From Saccostrea echinata (taxonomy: Eukaryota), in NCBI RefSeq assembly GCF_033153115.1, contig NW_026889796.1, forward strand, positions 15,438,001 through 15,502,000: a stretch of 64,000 nucleotides of DNA, read 5' to 3'. The translations under genes were made by a program, and so were the position numbers. This document shows positions 49,626 through 62,905 of this stretch, piece after piece. The stretch's first letter is position 1. Every line of letters starts with the position of its first letter. The notes below the pieces were generated by a model. It saw only the letters and a list, made by a program, of their open reading frames with translations, made no database searches and was not told the DNA's origin.

Positions 49626-50954
49626 ATGACAAGACAAAATGTTGTTTTAGCACAAGTTTTGATAATCATATCTGGTAAGTATTTTTTCTTTTTTCCTAAA
49701 TTTTTGACACCTCCAATGAAATGATATTATTTTGTTACCTAAAAAACTCACCTTTATTTTTACTCTTTTATATTAGGAAGAATTAGTCATAATGATGAAT
49801 TTATTTTGTTAATTAATTTTTATTAAAAATTAGCAAATACATGTATAAAGACTATTTATGTTTCAGGATGCTTGGGAGGAGAGTATTGTTCCTATAATTA
49901 CAATGGCGGAAGTGGTGTTAAATACATGTACTGTGACGTCACATGTTGTGGTTCATACTATGAGCGGTACTGTTGTGCCCTAACATCGTAAGTATTATAT
50001 GCTGTAGAAACTGTAATGTTCTTTTCTGACCCTTTTTTGATCCCTGGAGTGTCCTTCAAAATCATATACATGTACATACTTCTGCAATTTTGGCAACTTT
50101 TAGAAAATTCATGATGAAAGTTACCGAAATAAATGTGTTGACTTTTTTCCAAATATATATGTAAAAAGCAACGATTAATATATATATTTTTTTCTGAAGA
50201 ATGTTCATAATATTATAAATCTGAATTTCATGTCATATATTTTAGTAAATGTTTTGAGCATGATTTATGTATTAAATGATTATTTGCAACTAATGGTGCT
50301 TTAAATCAAACAGTTGACAAGTGGTTACAATAAGCAAAAATAAACTAACTTACTATCTACTTTCTTTAAAAAAAATATCTTATTTCTTTTTGCAATGCCT
50401 TTCCAATTTATATTTATGTAATATTTATGTTACTATATAGAAAACAACCTAAATCTAAACTTTTCTTAATCTGTCAATTTTTCGCCTTTTTATCCACAGG
50501 ACGGCCCTATATGTCGGAGCAATAGCAGGAGGAGTGATATGTGTAGGTCTCATCATAGGAATCGTAGTTTGTTGTGTATACAAAGGGAAAACACGTGTCA
50601 GGCGACATCGCCACATTAACAACGGTAAGAGAAGTTAAACATAAAAAAAAAATATTACTTAATCTAAAAATAAGTAAAGTGTTCAAAATTGATATCTTGG
50701 ATTTAGGAAATATCCGCTGATGTTCCAAACTGTACAGAAGAATGATAATTTATACAATTATAATTTTAGATGCAACAAATGTACGTTTTGAGTGTTCAAG
50801 GATTTATGGCAATGATTCTCCAAAGCCCCCACCGTACGAATTTCAGCATCACCCCAGCCCACCAGAATATCACTCAGATCCGCCACCACGTTATTTGACG
50901 CCTTTACCGGGGTCAGAATTTCATCACTTTCCGGGCTCGATGGAAGACAGTTGA
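49626..50954 (+). CDS. CYYR1/Shisa-like six-cysteine single-pass membrane protein, paralog C (159 aa)
   Basis: Exons 49626-49674 (MTRQNVVLAQVLIIIS), 49867-49987 (GCLGGEYCSYNYNGGSGVKYMYCDVTCCGSYYERYCCALT; Cys/Tyr-rich), 50500-50624 (TM ALYVGAIAGGVICVGLIIGIVVCC), 50770-50954 (PPPY, PPEY, PPRY). Intron phases 1, 2, 1; open frame of 480 nt. Confidence 0.88.
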
Positions 50955-51392
50955 TTAATCTGTATAATCTTGACAAGCAATGAACACTGAGTAAATTGTA
51001 TTAATTCTCTTTTCATATTTACTGCTTGAAGTCAGGTGTTTATATGAAAATATATTTTCACCCTTTTACAATACAAAAACTTAAAGATTTTCTGAGGTCT
51101 ATCATATCACTTTATATAATAATGTTCCAAAATGACTTATATTCTGTACATAGTCTGGTTATATATTTATCATTATTCCAACTGAAATCTCTGCATTTTA
51201 TTTTAACAGCTACAAAACAGCATGCTAGTTTTAAGGCTATGTGAAACTATTAATCACATGGACACTGTACTTCAAAATTTTAATGATTTGGTAAATTAAA
51301 AAAAAGGTATGATTTACCTTTCAAGATATTTGTATTTCAAATGAATTTAACGTTTTTTAGCACGAGCTACACTTTGATAATCAATAATAAAG

Positions 51393-51562
51393 GATTGATT
51401 GTATGTTGTTAACGTCCATTAGAGAATTTTTCACCAGTGTAGAGGCATCGATCAGCGTCTGCTGGTGAAGGGCTTTAAATTTAGACCTATATTCAGAGTC
51501 ATTGAGCAGTGAGGGCTATTTATCGTGACAACGCCTACTGCGTCACGGGACCTCGGTTTAAA
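51393..51562 (-). mobile_element. SINE fragment (same family as 58630-58932)
   Basis: Reverse complement reads taaaccgaggtcccgtgacgcagtaggcg..gccctcactgctcaatg..taggtctaaattt..cccttcacc..gacgttaacaacatacaatcaatc. Confidence 0.75.
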
Positions 51563-51699
51563 CCTAACGAAATGGACAAAATTCTAATTTCCTCTGTGTA
51601 AACAGTGTTGATACGAGACGTGCTCCTATTTTTCTTGTTATTTGTAGTTAAATGTACATGATACACAAAGGTTGGTTTTTAATTGATTATCCCTCTGAA

Positions 51700-52380
51700 G
51701 ATCAATTTTTATGAATTTTACTTTTGACCAGGCCTATCTGATGTGTCCGAGAAAGTTGAAGAGTAGCTTCATCTCCAACCCGTTAAAGTTTAAAGGTTTT
51801 GATTGAAGTGATGGTGACCTGTTCCTACCCTGATATGGTGACCTGCTTCTATGATTAGGACAGTCTTTGGCAAAGTACACTTAAAGCAAGTTTGTCTACT
51901 TTGGTTATTATAAAGAGATCTAAGTCTTGCTCTCTCGCTACTGATTGACTTTTAATTGTAAATTTGACTTTGGGATTTGAGAAATTGAGGGCTCTCTTGA
52001 ATGTTACTTTTGAGTTTCCTTTTGTCTTCTTCTAGTCTTTTGACTCTTGATTCTAGTTTGGACACTGTTTGTCGTGTGTTTCATTCTTTGCTGAAATGAC
52101 TGTCATTGTTTCACTGATTTTATTTTCATAATACGTTATTGTGTTTTCTATTTCTGCTTCAAATTTTATTGTAATTTTTTCATTTGTTCTTCATTTTCAG
52201 ATCTACGTGTGTTCACCCACAATTCTATTCGTTTTTAGCTAACAATGATTTTTTTCCATCTGTGCAATTTATGTGTCTTTTCTCTCAATATCTTTGTCTT
52301 TCAATTTGTGATTGTTACATTGTATCTTGCAATCTGAAACAATACATCTTCAAAATTGTTTATTTTTGCTCTCTCTCTCT
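51700..52380 (-). mobile_element. Probable highly decayed LTR-retrotransposon gag remnant
   Basis: Minus strand TGC TTT AAG TGT..TTT GCC AAA GAC TGT CCT (CFKC..FAKDCP, a deleted CCHC zinc knuckle, ~51857-51890) within purine-skewed, coding-like sequence. Confidence 0.4.
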
Positions 52381-54087
52381 CTAAAAACAATTACACCATC
52401 GTTCACCGGGGGATCCCAGATTGTTCTTGGGATTGATGTTAAGCTTTTAAGCCTTCTACAGTAAGAGCCCTTTCTCTTCTCTTAACTCATTGATAAGCCC
52501 TGGCCTTTTTTCCTCCAATGTTTGGGGGGGGGGGGGTTAAAGCCGGCCCCCCTTGCTGGCATTGTTTAAGTCTACAGGGTTTTCCTTTGATGCCAATAAG
52601 ATTGAAATTTGATGTTACTACGTTTCAAATATTCGTAATGACAGAAGAAAAAGGTATGTTGTTGGTTATTCTATCAGAAAGTCCAACGGAAAATCAAGAG
52701 TGGAATACATGTATTTTTTATTGTTACCAGAAAATTCGACAAAATATTAAATGTATTTGAAAAAAATTGAAAAATCGAGAAAATAGTCAGGAAATGATAG
52801 AAACCGCCAATAAATTTATTCTAGAAAAGAAAAATTATTTGAGAAAGACGACCATTACATTTCCATTGCTGATACAGGTATGAATTCATGTTTGAATGTT
52901 TCACACATTCATTGTTCTTTATTTACATTTCCAATTATTTTCTCTTAAGATTCTTTACAAATTAGAAAACGGTTCATTTTATCATGTGGATGAGCATGTA
53001 TATTAGAGAGGGTGAGATTTCATCCATGTACGTGTACGGGTACATCTAGTAGAAAAATTCCCTAAATTTCTCGCGTATTATGTCATCAGTTTTAGTGATG
53101 ACAAGTTTTCTACGCGTTTATTTAATCTACACGTACGTGTGAAGTAGCTTTTATTATAAAAATTATTCAATTTATGTGTGAAGATGTGATTGTTGTATCT
53201 TATTTAGGATGTTTAGTTTCATAAATACTTATTTAACCATGTTTATTTACTAATTGAGGTCAAACTGATGTCACAAAACTACTAAATAGTTGAAAAAGAG
53301 ACATCGATCGAAAGGTACACGTTGAAGAATCTCATCAGACAAATTACAAAAACGTGTACGTGTACGTCAACGTATAAAGGAAGAAATCTAGAAATTACAG
53401 AGGGTGTTTGTTTTTTTTTTTTTATTTTACTGCGTTGAATTAAAGTTTACATAATTACAGAATTAAAATTTACATAAAGCAATCGCTTGAGGTGGGGAAG
53501 GGGGGATTTACATTTTGGGTATTACCCTCAAAGCACAGTACACAAGGAATAATAGCAAGACTTGCCCAAGAGAGCATATTGAACAACAAAATGAACACAA
53601 CCAGGTAAACACTTTAGTCTTTCTGAATATGAAAGAAACAAATTCTCTTAATAATGTGTGATTAAGACAAGATTATAGCATTTTACCCTCTTCGGACCTT
53701 TAAATATAAGCGAACATTTTCTAATAAACGGCGGGCCTTTCATGTTATAGGACTTTGAACAACTTTAAACAAGGACGACCAAACATTATGCAACAACAGA
53801 TACGTTTACAGTTGTTTCTCAGAAAATCTTTTAGAAGCATTTATTACTGGAAGTTATTCGTTGTGCAACGTGTGCCCCTGCAAATGTAGAATTTGGAGAC
53901 AGTATTTAATGGTAAGTTTGATATGTATTTTAATCTTAGTACAACTGTGAACATTGCACATGGAAAAAAAAAACCTCCTTGGTCCTTAGCAATTGAATTT
54001 TGTTACATGTATTTTAGGTGTTTAAAAACGGAGAATTACTCAATCAAAAATATAAGTACAAATTCATGATGCAGATTGATATGGACT

Positions 54088-54279
54088 NNNNNNNNNNNNN
54101 NNNNNNNNNNNNNNNNNNNNNNNNNNNNNNNNNNNNNNNNNNNNNNNNNNNNNNNNNNNNNNNNNNNNNNNNNNNNNNNNNNNNNNNNNNNNNNNNNNNN
54201 NNNNNNNNNNNNNNNNNNNNNNNNNNNNNNNNNNNNNNNNNNNNNNNNNNNNNNNNNNNNNNNNNNNNNNNNNNNNNNN
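54088..54279. other. Assembly gap (192 N)
   Basis: Run of N. Confidence 1.
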
Positions 54280-54295
54280 CGTTAATCATTGTATA

Positions 54296-54705
54296 GGGTT
54301 AAATAAAAAAAAATATGACGAGACACATATTTATCAACCTGCACTAAAAACACAGGCAATGGGAATAAATTTCTATATCACAGCATATGTCTTTATATAG
54401 CTAAAAAAAATATCTCATTGATATCTCTATTCACAAAAACGTTTTGCCCAAAAAATGATGCTAAAAATACGTGCAACACCTTTTTGTGACATTCTGAAAA
54501 ATCAATATTTTTTGAAGATCTGTGACATAAATTATAATTGTTTATGTTGGAAATAAAGACTTTCCTGATAATATTCAAAGTATTGAACTTTAAATGTAGT
54601 CTGTAGCAACTTTTGTTTGGCCAGGTTGTGGTCATGGCTAATGTTGAAAAAAAAAATGTTATACCATGTCAGGTGTGCAATAGAAAAAAATGTAGTTTTT
54701 CCAAA

Positions 54706-54737
<32 letters not shown>

Positions 54738-55854
54738 AAAAATGTGAAATGCAATTAAGTCAAAAAAGAATTTTCAAAGTGTAAAAGAATAACTGATATA
54801 CAATTTTAAAACTTAAAAATGTTATACAAATCACAAGCAACATTAATAAGAGACAAGTATCTGTGCATACCCAATAATGTCAGGAGTGCAACATTTGATG
54901 TTTTGCTCCCCAGCTTGAAAAAACTTTCATCAATATATGATTATCTGACTTAATTTTGGAAAATAAAGACACAAAGCACATTTTTACCAAAATAGATCTA
55001 TTACAGAGTCTGTCTGTGTTTCTGATCTATATTTCTATGGTCAGAAGTGCAACACATTTTTTCCAAGTTATACGATGAAAAGACTTCTATTCATGCTAAG
55101 AAATATTCTTTAATCAATAATAATCTATTTGAATAATTTAGTACTAAATTATTGATAGTTTTGTTATTATAAAATCCTTCTTTTTTTCAATTTTATCAAT
55201 TCAGATGTGTTTTTATCTTTTCTTTGATTTTTTTATGAATGTGAAAAATAAACACACTGAAAAATTGTAATAAAATTCAAGTAATTCAACTTCACTGAAA
55301 CAACAGAACAAGTCCTGATGTAATTTTTGCTTCACAACTCTACTTTAAAGACTCCCATGCTCTTGGTTAGGAGTGCAATAAATATGTTAGAATTATTGCT
55401 GATCAAATATGAATAAATATAAAGAAAAATTGATGAGTAGAATGTTTCTGGTTGACTTCAGTGGCTAACATGATTGTGTGAAGGAAAATATACCATAGAA
55501 TACATTTTGTCTTCTAAATATTTATTTTAGCTATTTATTTTTTTACATAAATAAGGAATAATTCAAAATATAAAGCCTAATTTAAATATTTCATGTGTTT
55601 TAATTATGAAGTATTGGACTATAATATTGCACAATTTCGTTACCACTTGATGTTGCCAAGCCTTTATGAATTTTTGTGTTCTATGGTTTTAATTTTTGAT
55701 TTTACAGCAGTCAGGAGTGCAACAAAACTGTTTTATAATTATCAATGATCTTCATTTATCTTTACTAAAAAATAAAATAAAGTTTGATATTATTTTATGT
55801 TCAAAACATTATGTCTATCAACTAAATACAGAATCATCACTTAACACATATTTT
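54296..55854 (-). mobile_element. Second, inverted copy of the GGG-ended TIR transposon at 42102-44371
   Basis: Collinear with the reverse complement of 44371 back to ~42777 (gtcaggagtgcaaca motifs; ttttgctccccagc; tgaagtattggactat; catcacttaacacatatttt). Confidence 0.85.
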
Positions 55855-55855
55855 G

Positions 55856-56175
55856 TTAACGGAAGGGTAGATGGTTCGCATTTCCCTCTTAGTTTTCTAA
55901 TACGAATCTTAATATATTTCTAAAACACTTAATCTATTCTGACAAAGTGTTCAGGTCTTCCTTTACATATTTAGCCCAACGTTTGACAGAATTCATAATG
56001 GAAATAAAGTTCTGTCGCCAATTGAAAGATCGGAGCTCCCTGTATTTAGGACTTTTTACAATGATTGCTTTAAGGTCTTCATTTTCAGCCAGTAATGACG
56101 TGTCCAGCGGAACTGTAGTTGAAAGACGAAGAAGAGCAAGAACACTTAAGAGGATTTTGTTTAAGATGTTCAATA
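55856..56175 (-). mobile_element. Penelope-like element fragment (N-terminal RT region)
   Basis: Minus strand LKAIIVKSPKYRELRSFNWRQNFISIMNSVKRWAK..LSE resembles the KGPKYREP..NW..W motif of Penelope-like ORFs. Confidence 0.6.
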
Positions 56176-58629
56176 TCTAGGCATTGTAGCTGTCATGAAT
56201 TCTATCATCATGTTTGACAAATATAGCAAATACATGTATGTTCTGAAAGTCCAGAAAAAATAGCCCCAATTTAAGCTTAAAATTAATACTTTATTAGTAA
56301 TATATAGAACATCACAGACCCCCACTTCTAATTTTCTTTTCTGAATATATATACAATTTTAATTATTCTGCTTAAATTCAGTAAAATGACATTTCTTTCA
56401 AATGATTTTATTGCTTGTTAAATTTTTAATGCCAGGAAAATGACATTTTTTGAGCATGCGAAGGATTTGAAACATTTTTGTTTTCACAAATATTAATTTG
56501 TCTATTCAAGATGAAATGAGACTGTTTGTTCTGATAATTTATTTGAATAAAAAATAACGGAGGAAAAACTTTCAAAATTTGATTTATGTGTCAGACGTAA
56601 TTACAGTGCAAAAGGGTCATATTTTAAAATGCTCCATAAAATGCTCCATAGCGCCAAAAGAAGGGCATTAACCCTCGTTTTGTGTTTTGACTTTTAATTG
56701 AGCTATGTGTGTAGATCCTAAAAATATACTTGATAAAAAATTCTCAATACTTTTGATAACAGGATTCAACCTCCTTAAGGGAAACACAATTTTACTCTTA
56801 TAGAATACTTTTATAGTTCAAAGTAAATAAAAAGGTGACACTAGGTTTTTAATAGTGAGCATGTTGAGTTTTGATATGTCCTTTGTCATGAGGTATGTGG
56901 ACTGCTGCAACAGTTTGATTAATTTTATTAATCAGTGTAAATTTATTTGAGCAATAATCATTATAAATGATTTCTGAGTCAAAACTGAATCCAAGTTCCA
57001 TACTTTGCAAGTATTTTCCTTAAACTACAACTTTTGCCTTGCTGCAATGAACAAAAACGTTAATGTTGATTTTCAAAATTGTGTTATACACAGGAGAAAC
57101 TAACACACACACACCCCACACACACATAGCGCGTTACTATACCCCTTCCGCAACTCCGTTGCGAGGGGATAAAAAGGTGTCACTCTTTTGAGTCTATAAG
57201 GGACGCAGTCTCAAGTTCGGTCGATGTACCTCGGAGAATCCTCCGGGATGTTTAAAATATCTCATATGTGCAGTTTTCAGATGACCTTAGGTATAAAACA
57301 AAATATTTGTTTTGTGTCTTAAATCAAAATTCAAAACTGGCAGTATTCGTTTAATAAGCATTGATGACAAAAAATATTTGAAAGCTCAAAGCATGCATCA
57401 TTATGATAATGGATATAATACTAATTTTCCCATACCATTGTGAAACATCAGTCTTTGCTTATGATATTTCCGTGATAAAACAGAACGAAATATATTTAGG
57501 TAAGTATTTCTGAAGCAGTCATTCAACAAGGAAGATGTACTCTCCAATGATCCAGTTGATAATCGCCGTACCCTTGAGTAAGGATAATTCATAGAGAATT
57601 TTGCTAGCATCATTTGCACAAAAAATTGCTGTTTTAGAGCTTTTTTATGTTTTTGTTTTTCAGATTATGGATTGCTATCTTTTAATACTGTGAAGTATCT
57701 TCATACAAACGAAGGTCAGATAACCTCACCTGGATACCCTGATAATTATCCAAACAATGTAAGCTTCACCTGGATAATCAGAACAAGACGCAATGATGCT
57801 TATGAAGCTTTTATAATTCTTGACATGGATATTGCCTGTGGCGACTATCTTAAGGTAACATTCTTCTGCAAACACAAATGTTTCGGACTTTTGCGCCGAA
57901 GACATTGACATGATTAAATTTTGTAAACGACTACGATTTGCATGTACTCTGATCTCTCTCTCTCTCTCTCTGTGTGAGGGGTGGGGGTGGGGGTGGGGTG
58001 TGTGCATGCTGATTATTATCACTTAAGTATTTCTGCAGATTGAGCAGGTCGAGCCATGTTGCTTTAATGCATTTTACGGATGTAGTAACCGTAAAATACA
58101 TCAAAGGACCGTTTACACTAAAGGGAAGCATTTCAGAATTTCTTTCCTATCCGACAAAAGACTGAGTGCAAAAGGCTTTAATATCTCTTGGACAGGTATC
58201 ATTCTTTACTTTTTATTTATGTAACATGTTGAATTACCATTATGATCTATAAACAAATACAATAAAAATATGCAAACAGCAAAACTAGGGAGAAAAGCAG
58301 TTTCAAAAGCAACAAGGTTGACAATTACTCCTACAAGAACTGTTTCAACAACAAAAGCGTTGACGTCCACTGCTACAATAACAACAATAAATAAGTTGAC
58401 AGCAACTCCCACAACAAGAACAACTCTGTCAATCATACATCTTGCAGCAACATCCGAGTCAAAAAGATCAGAACCCACAGGTGCAAGGTTTTTAAAAATT
58501 ACATTAAAGAAATTCAGACCTAATAATGTGCAAGGCCAAAATCTTTAATGAGAGTATGACACACATACGAGGGTTGTTAGAAAAGTTCGCGGATATACTG
58601 ACTTACGGAAAATTTAATGTCCTTTTCTG

Positions 58630-58932
58630 TTGCCCGCTTGGCGCAGTAATTAGAGCGTTTGCTTTAGAGTCGCGGAGTTAGGAGTTGATCCCTACGTCGC
58701 AGGTTCGAATCCCAATGCGAGACATGGAGACCGATCCTTCGGATGAGACCCTATAAACCGAGGTCCCGTGTCATAGTAGGCGCTGGCACGAAAAGGATCC
58801 CTCACTGCTCAATGGCCCTAAGTGCCAAGTATAGGTCTAAAAATTAGCAGCCCTCCACCGGCAAGTGGTGGCGTCTCAATTTGAGTGAAAAATTCTCGAA
58901 AGGGACGTTAATTAGACAATCAACCAAACAAA
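58630..58932 (+). mobile_element. Near full-length tRNA-derived SINE with Nin/Deu-like central domain
   Basis: A box tggcgcagtaattag, B box ggttcgaatccc; core cttcggatgagacc.tataaaccgaggtccc..aaaggatccc (Deu/Nin-domain-like); caac/caaa tail. Confidence 0.85.
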
Positions 58933-60510
58933 ATGTCCCTTTCTAAACAAGCAAACTTTAATATAAGCCACAAAAAGGGGGGTATTGGAATAATAAGCCA
59001 TGATTCACACCTATCAAAAGTAAAGAAATTAAATATGAATTACATTATCAAATATTATTTTGATTTAGAAAGACATTTGCTATTACTGGCTGCAGCCAGA
59101 CATTTTGTGTTGTGCAATGTATTCCATATGATTTATTTAGGACTTTAAATAATTTACCAAGCGGGTGAGTTGCAAGAAATACAAACCCCTTTTATTTTAA
59201 ATATATGCATTCAATAATGAAGCAAATTCATAATGCGCAGTTGTTAATAATTGTTGGCCTATTGAACTTGAATATAAAAAAATGTTTTATTAAATTATTA
59301 ACACCATGAAGAATAAAGATAGAAAATATTGATAGTTTTCGTTCGTTATACACACATGGAGTATAAGTATACGTACAGGTATATATTTTCTTATCAAAAT
59401 AAATTAAACGTGCGCGTCCCCTCCTAAAAAGGAATCCAGGATCTACCATGTCATGTAACAATGAGCTCTCAGGAATCTATCCATCTCTTCAAAATCGAAC
59501 AGAGACCGTTCACAACAGAAGCTGTGTTAGCGAAGGGAAATAAGTAAACCAAACTTTCTTGTTCAGTAAGGTTTGATGAATAGTAAAAACAAATCAGTTA
59601 TTCAAGAAAATTGCCTTGCTTTATATATTTAGTCTCACATGATATCTCGATACATATTTAATATTTTCCCTTTGATGTATTTGCATTTTACTTGAAAAAT
59701 GCTTATGATAACATGTCAAGTTCATGATGTCAATTCTTTGTTTTTGCAATATCCCGCGCATGTATTTGGACTTGAGGGATGAAAGACCTTGCCACAAATA
59801 TAGTCATCTCGATCCTATTGGCACATACACACATGGCGGAAAATGGCAAAAATCGGTAACCCTTACGTCTTGCATAAAAATCATTCTTCAAACATTTGTA
59901 TCCTTAATAAATGTTCGAATCAAACAGAAAATGAAACAATGTATGGTTCGATGAAGGATCTAAGTAGTGGTTTATGAACATGCTGGGAAAAAAAGGTATT
60001 TGTCTAGATTTTTTAATATTATATGTAGCAATGGATGCTATTCATAATAGCAATGAAACTTGAACCAAAGGCATATCTAATGATTATGATATTTAACTGA
60101 CGTCTTGAATGAGATTAAGATCATATTTATTTTTACTATTCATATTAACAGTAATTGTTGGGCAACATAGGGAAAAAAAACCAAACACCCAAATAATCAT
60201 TTTTTGAAAAAAGACATGCCAAGAGGGGCATATTTATGACGCCATATTTCTATACACAGATCAGGTCAAGCAATAAAACTTCAACTAAGTTCTATTTTTT
60301 AAACAACTTTTCTGTTCAAAGATCTCGGGAAACGCGATCTTCTTTAATCGAAATCATTTACTTTAAAATTGAGTTCAAGCAATACCATACATAAATGTAT
60401 GTAGAAAAGTAACTACAACTGTGCGTTATATTTACATTTTTGTTAATTTTCTTGTAGATTCTTGATATGAACATGATAAACAAAGTATTAAAAATTGGTA
60501 ATTAATTGGG

Positions 60511-61038
60511 TTATTATACCCCTGCTCCGAAGGAGAGGGGAGTATACTTTTTTACCTTTGTGTGTCTGTCTGTCTGTCCGTAACAAATTTTCGTCGAAGT
60601 TTTCTCATCAACTACTCATCGCATATGCTTGAAATTTTAGCACATTCTTTGTCTAGGCATGCCATATGGTGGGATTCATTTTTGTACAAATCCGATGTCA
60701 ACCTCCCGTTTATCCGTGCGTCTGTCCGTACCAAATTTTCGTCGCAGTTTTCCAGTTTTCTCAGCAACTACTCATTGCTGATGCTTGAAATTTTAGCATA
60801 TTCTTTTGCTAGGCATGTTATATGGTGGGATTAATTTTTGTACAAATCTGGTGTCAACTTACTAAACGCTTTTCCGTGCGTCTGTCCGTACCAAGTTTTC
60901 GTCGCAGTTTTCTCAGCAACTACTCATTGCAGGTGCTTGAAATTTTAGCACACTCTTCGTTTAGACATGCAATATGGTGGGATTCATGAGAGCGTATATT
61001 CACATCAGAGCGGGGTTATTACTCACAGACTTCTTGTT
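60511..61038 (+). mobile_element. HINE-type element with ~3 x 160 bp internal repeats
   Basis: ttattatacccc..ctccgaaggag hairpin, gtct microsatellite, repeated tctgtccgta.caa.ttttcgtcgcagttttc..gcttgaaattttagca, end cacagacttcttgtt. Confidence 0.8.
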
Positions 61039-62905
61039 GAAATAGCAACAGACATGTATTTCTATCCTTTCAAAAATGAAAGTAAAAAAGCAAAGAGGAA
61101 AATTGATTGTAAAAGGCTTGAAAATATAGATCGTTGTTACTAAAAAAAACCTAATTGTTTGCTTTTTAAAGATATTTTCTACGGTGTTGTCTCTTTAAAA
61201 AGACATTTCTTGTTGTTTTTTTTTCCTGCTAGTACTATTGTTAAACTCATTTTCGAAAAATATGAGATCTGTTTAAATCTTATAGTTTCATGAAATGTTT
61301 TTCACTTTTGAATGTCAGTTAATTACTTTAACTTAAAGTATAAATACTATGATTATTTTTTTTTTCAAAATGAAGAAAAAAAACTTGATATCTTGTGCAA
61401 ATACATAATTTCATGAGTGTTTCACTATCAAAAATAAAATCTAAGTGCTCGACAAATACATCCAGACAAGATGATTCTTTTAAAAGATTTCCTCGTCACC
61501 TAAGTACACTTTCTCTGCGTGGTCATTTGGACACTTATTTAATAGTGGTAGGTAGAATTAAGCTGTCAATCTAAGTACCAACTTGTAATATCTTGAACAG
61601 ACCAATTGTGTATGGCATACTCTCCAATGGCGTATTACCCAAACAAATATTCTTTCATAAAACTTGGCTGAAATTTACCCAAAGATCACTTGTTTACCTC
61701 CCGCTCGTACATTAGGAGTATGTATTTCTTCTCTGATTGTACACATTTTTGGGATTGTCTCGGGTAAGCTATAGCATGGATAGGTAATACCTAATATACA
61801 GTGGACTGATGTTCCATTGAAGCAAAGTCAATACTCTCAACTGCCAATTATGATAACTACCAGAAATTACATCTTGCCTTACTAGCTTGACAACCAATTA
61901 TGTTTCTAGTTTAGAATGATGTCACAAATTAACGGATTTTGATTCTCTAAAAATTGTCTCAATTTTTTTTATTGAGCCTGTTTTTTATTGGTAACAATAA
62001 TGGTTAATGTTATCTCTATACATTTCGTTACAGATATAACAAATATTTGAATTGGATTTTCCTTGTTGCTACTGTTGTCGATGCCGAGTCTTGTGTACCT
62101 GTTATTAAAAACTGTTAAAACTCATTCGAAACAATACTGCATCAGTTCTGATTTCAACCGATAATACATTGAAGCTGTTTCTAATGACATCTAAGTCTAC
62201 CTGAATATAACTTTACGCCAACATTTACTGCTGTTGTTTCGAAGAAAGATTTGTGGGACTTTATGGTACGCAGCTCTAACGTAAACAAGGATTCAAAATC
62301 TTATTTTAAAATCTATTAAAGAAGTGTTAAACGTTATTGTTGCATTCAGGTTTGTTTATTATTAATTTTTCATTTCTTCCCATATTACAATCCACGAATT
62401 TTGAAAATCTGTTAACAGTAAGTCAGACTGCATTTGAAGAAAAAAAAATATAGAAATCAACAAATGCATAAACTTCCAGTTAATCCTTTGCCTGTACATA
62501 TATATCCGAAATATCAATGTAAATTTTCGTCAATATTGAACGTCACTTCGATGTAAGAAAAAAATAAGTATTTAAGACACCAATTTAGTTGATTTCAGGT
62601 TCATTTAAGGAGGTGAATGACTCTAAAATGGCATCATGCCTTTTCTAAAAAAAAGTTCGGTAAAAGTTCGGAGGGTATTCTAAAACAAATTAAGATTACT
62701 TTATCAAAGTTTAGCCTTGGTTGTGGACATGACGAAAACAACTAACAACATGAAAATTATTTCTGTTACATTATTTTAGCTTAAAACGCTTAGTTAACAA
62801 GAAGGTTGATTAGCTCAGCTCGTTAGCATCTGGTGTTAACAAACTCAAGACAATGTTTTATCAAATAAGATATTCCTATTGTAACCAAACAGAGGGACAA
62901 AACAA

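Larger units (their letters stand above)
57664..62164 (+). pseudogene. CUB-domain + Thr-rich stalk (+ disrupted TM exon) gene; truncated or pseudogene
   Basis: Exon 57664-57854 (EGQITSPGYPDNYPNNVSFTWII..DMDIACGDYLK), exon 58039-58195 (..FRISFLSDKRLSAKGFNISWT), Thr-rich exon ~58280-58480. Candidate TM exon 62034-62164 reads DITNI*IGFSLLLLLSMPSLVYLLL. Candidate first exon ~53788-53911 has no intact ATG-to-donor frame. Confidence 0.6.

Noticed and set aside
60458-60497. Small exon-like block (cttgtag..aaaattg|gtaatt) as part of the CUB gene
   Set aside because: Open only in phase 0, whereas the upstream donor is phase 1 (reads DS* in that phase).
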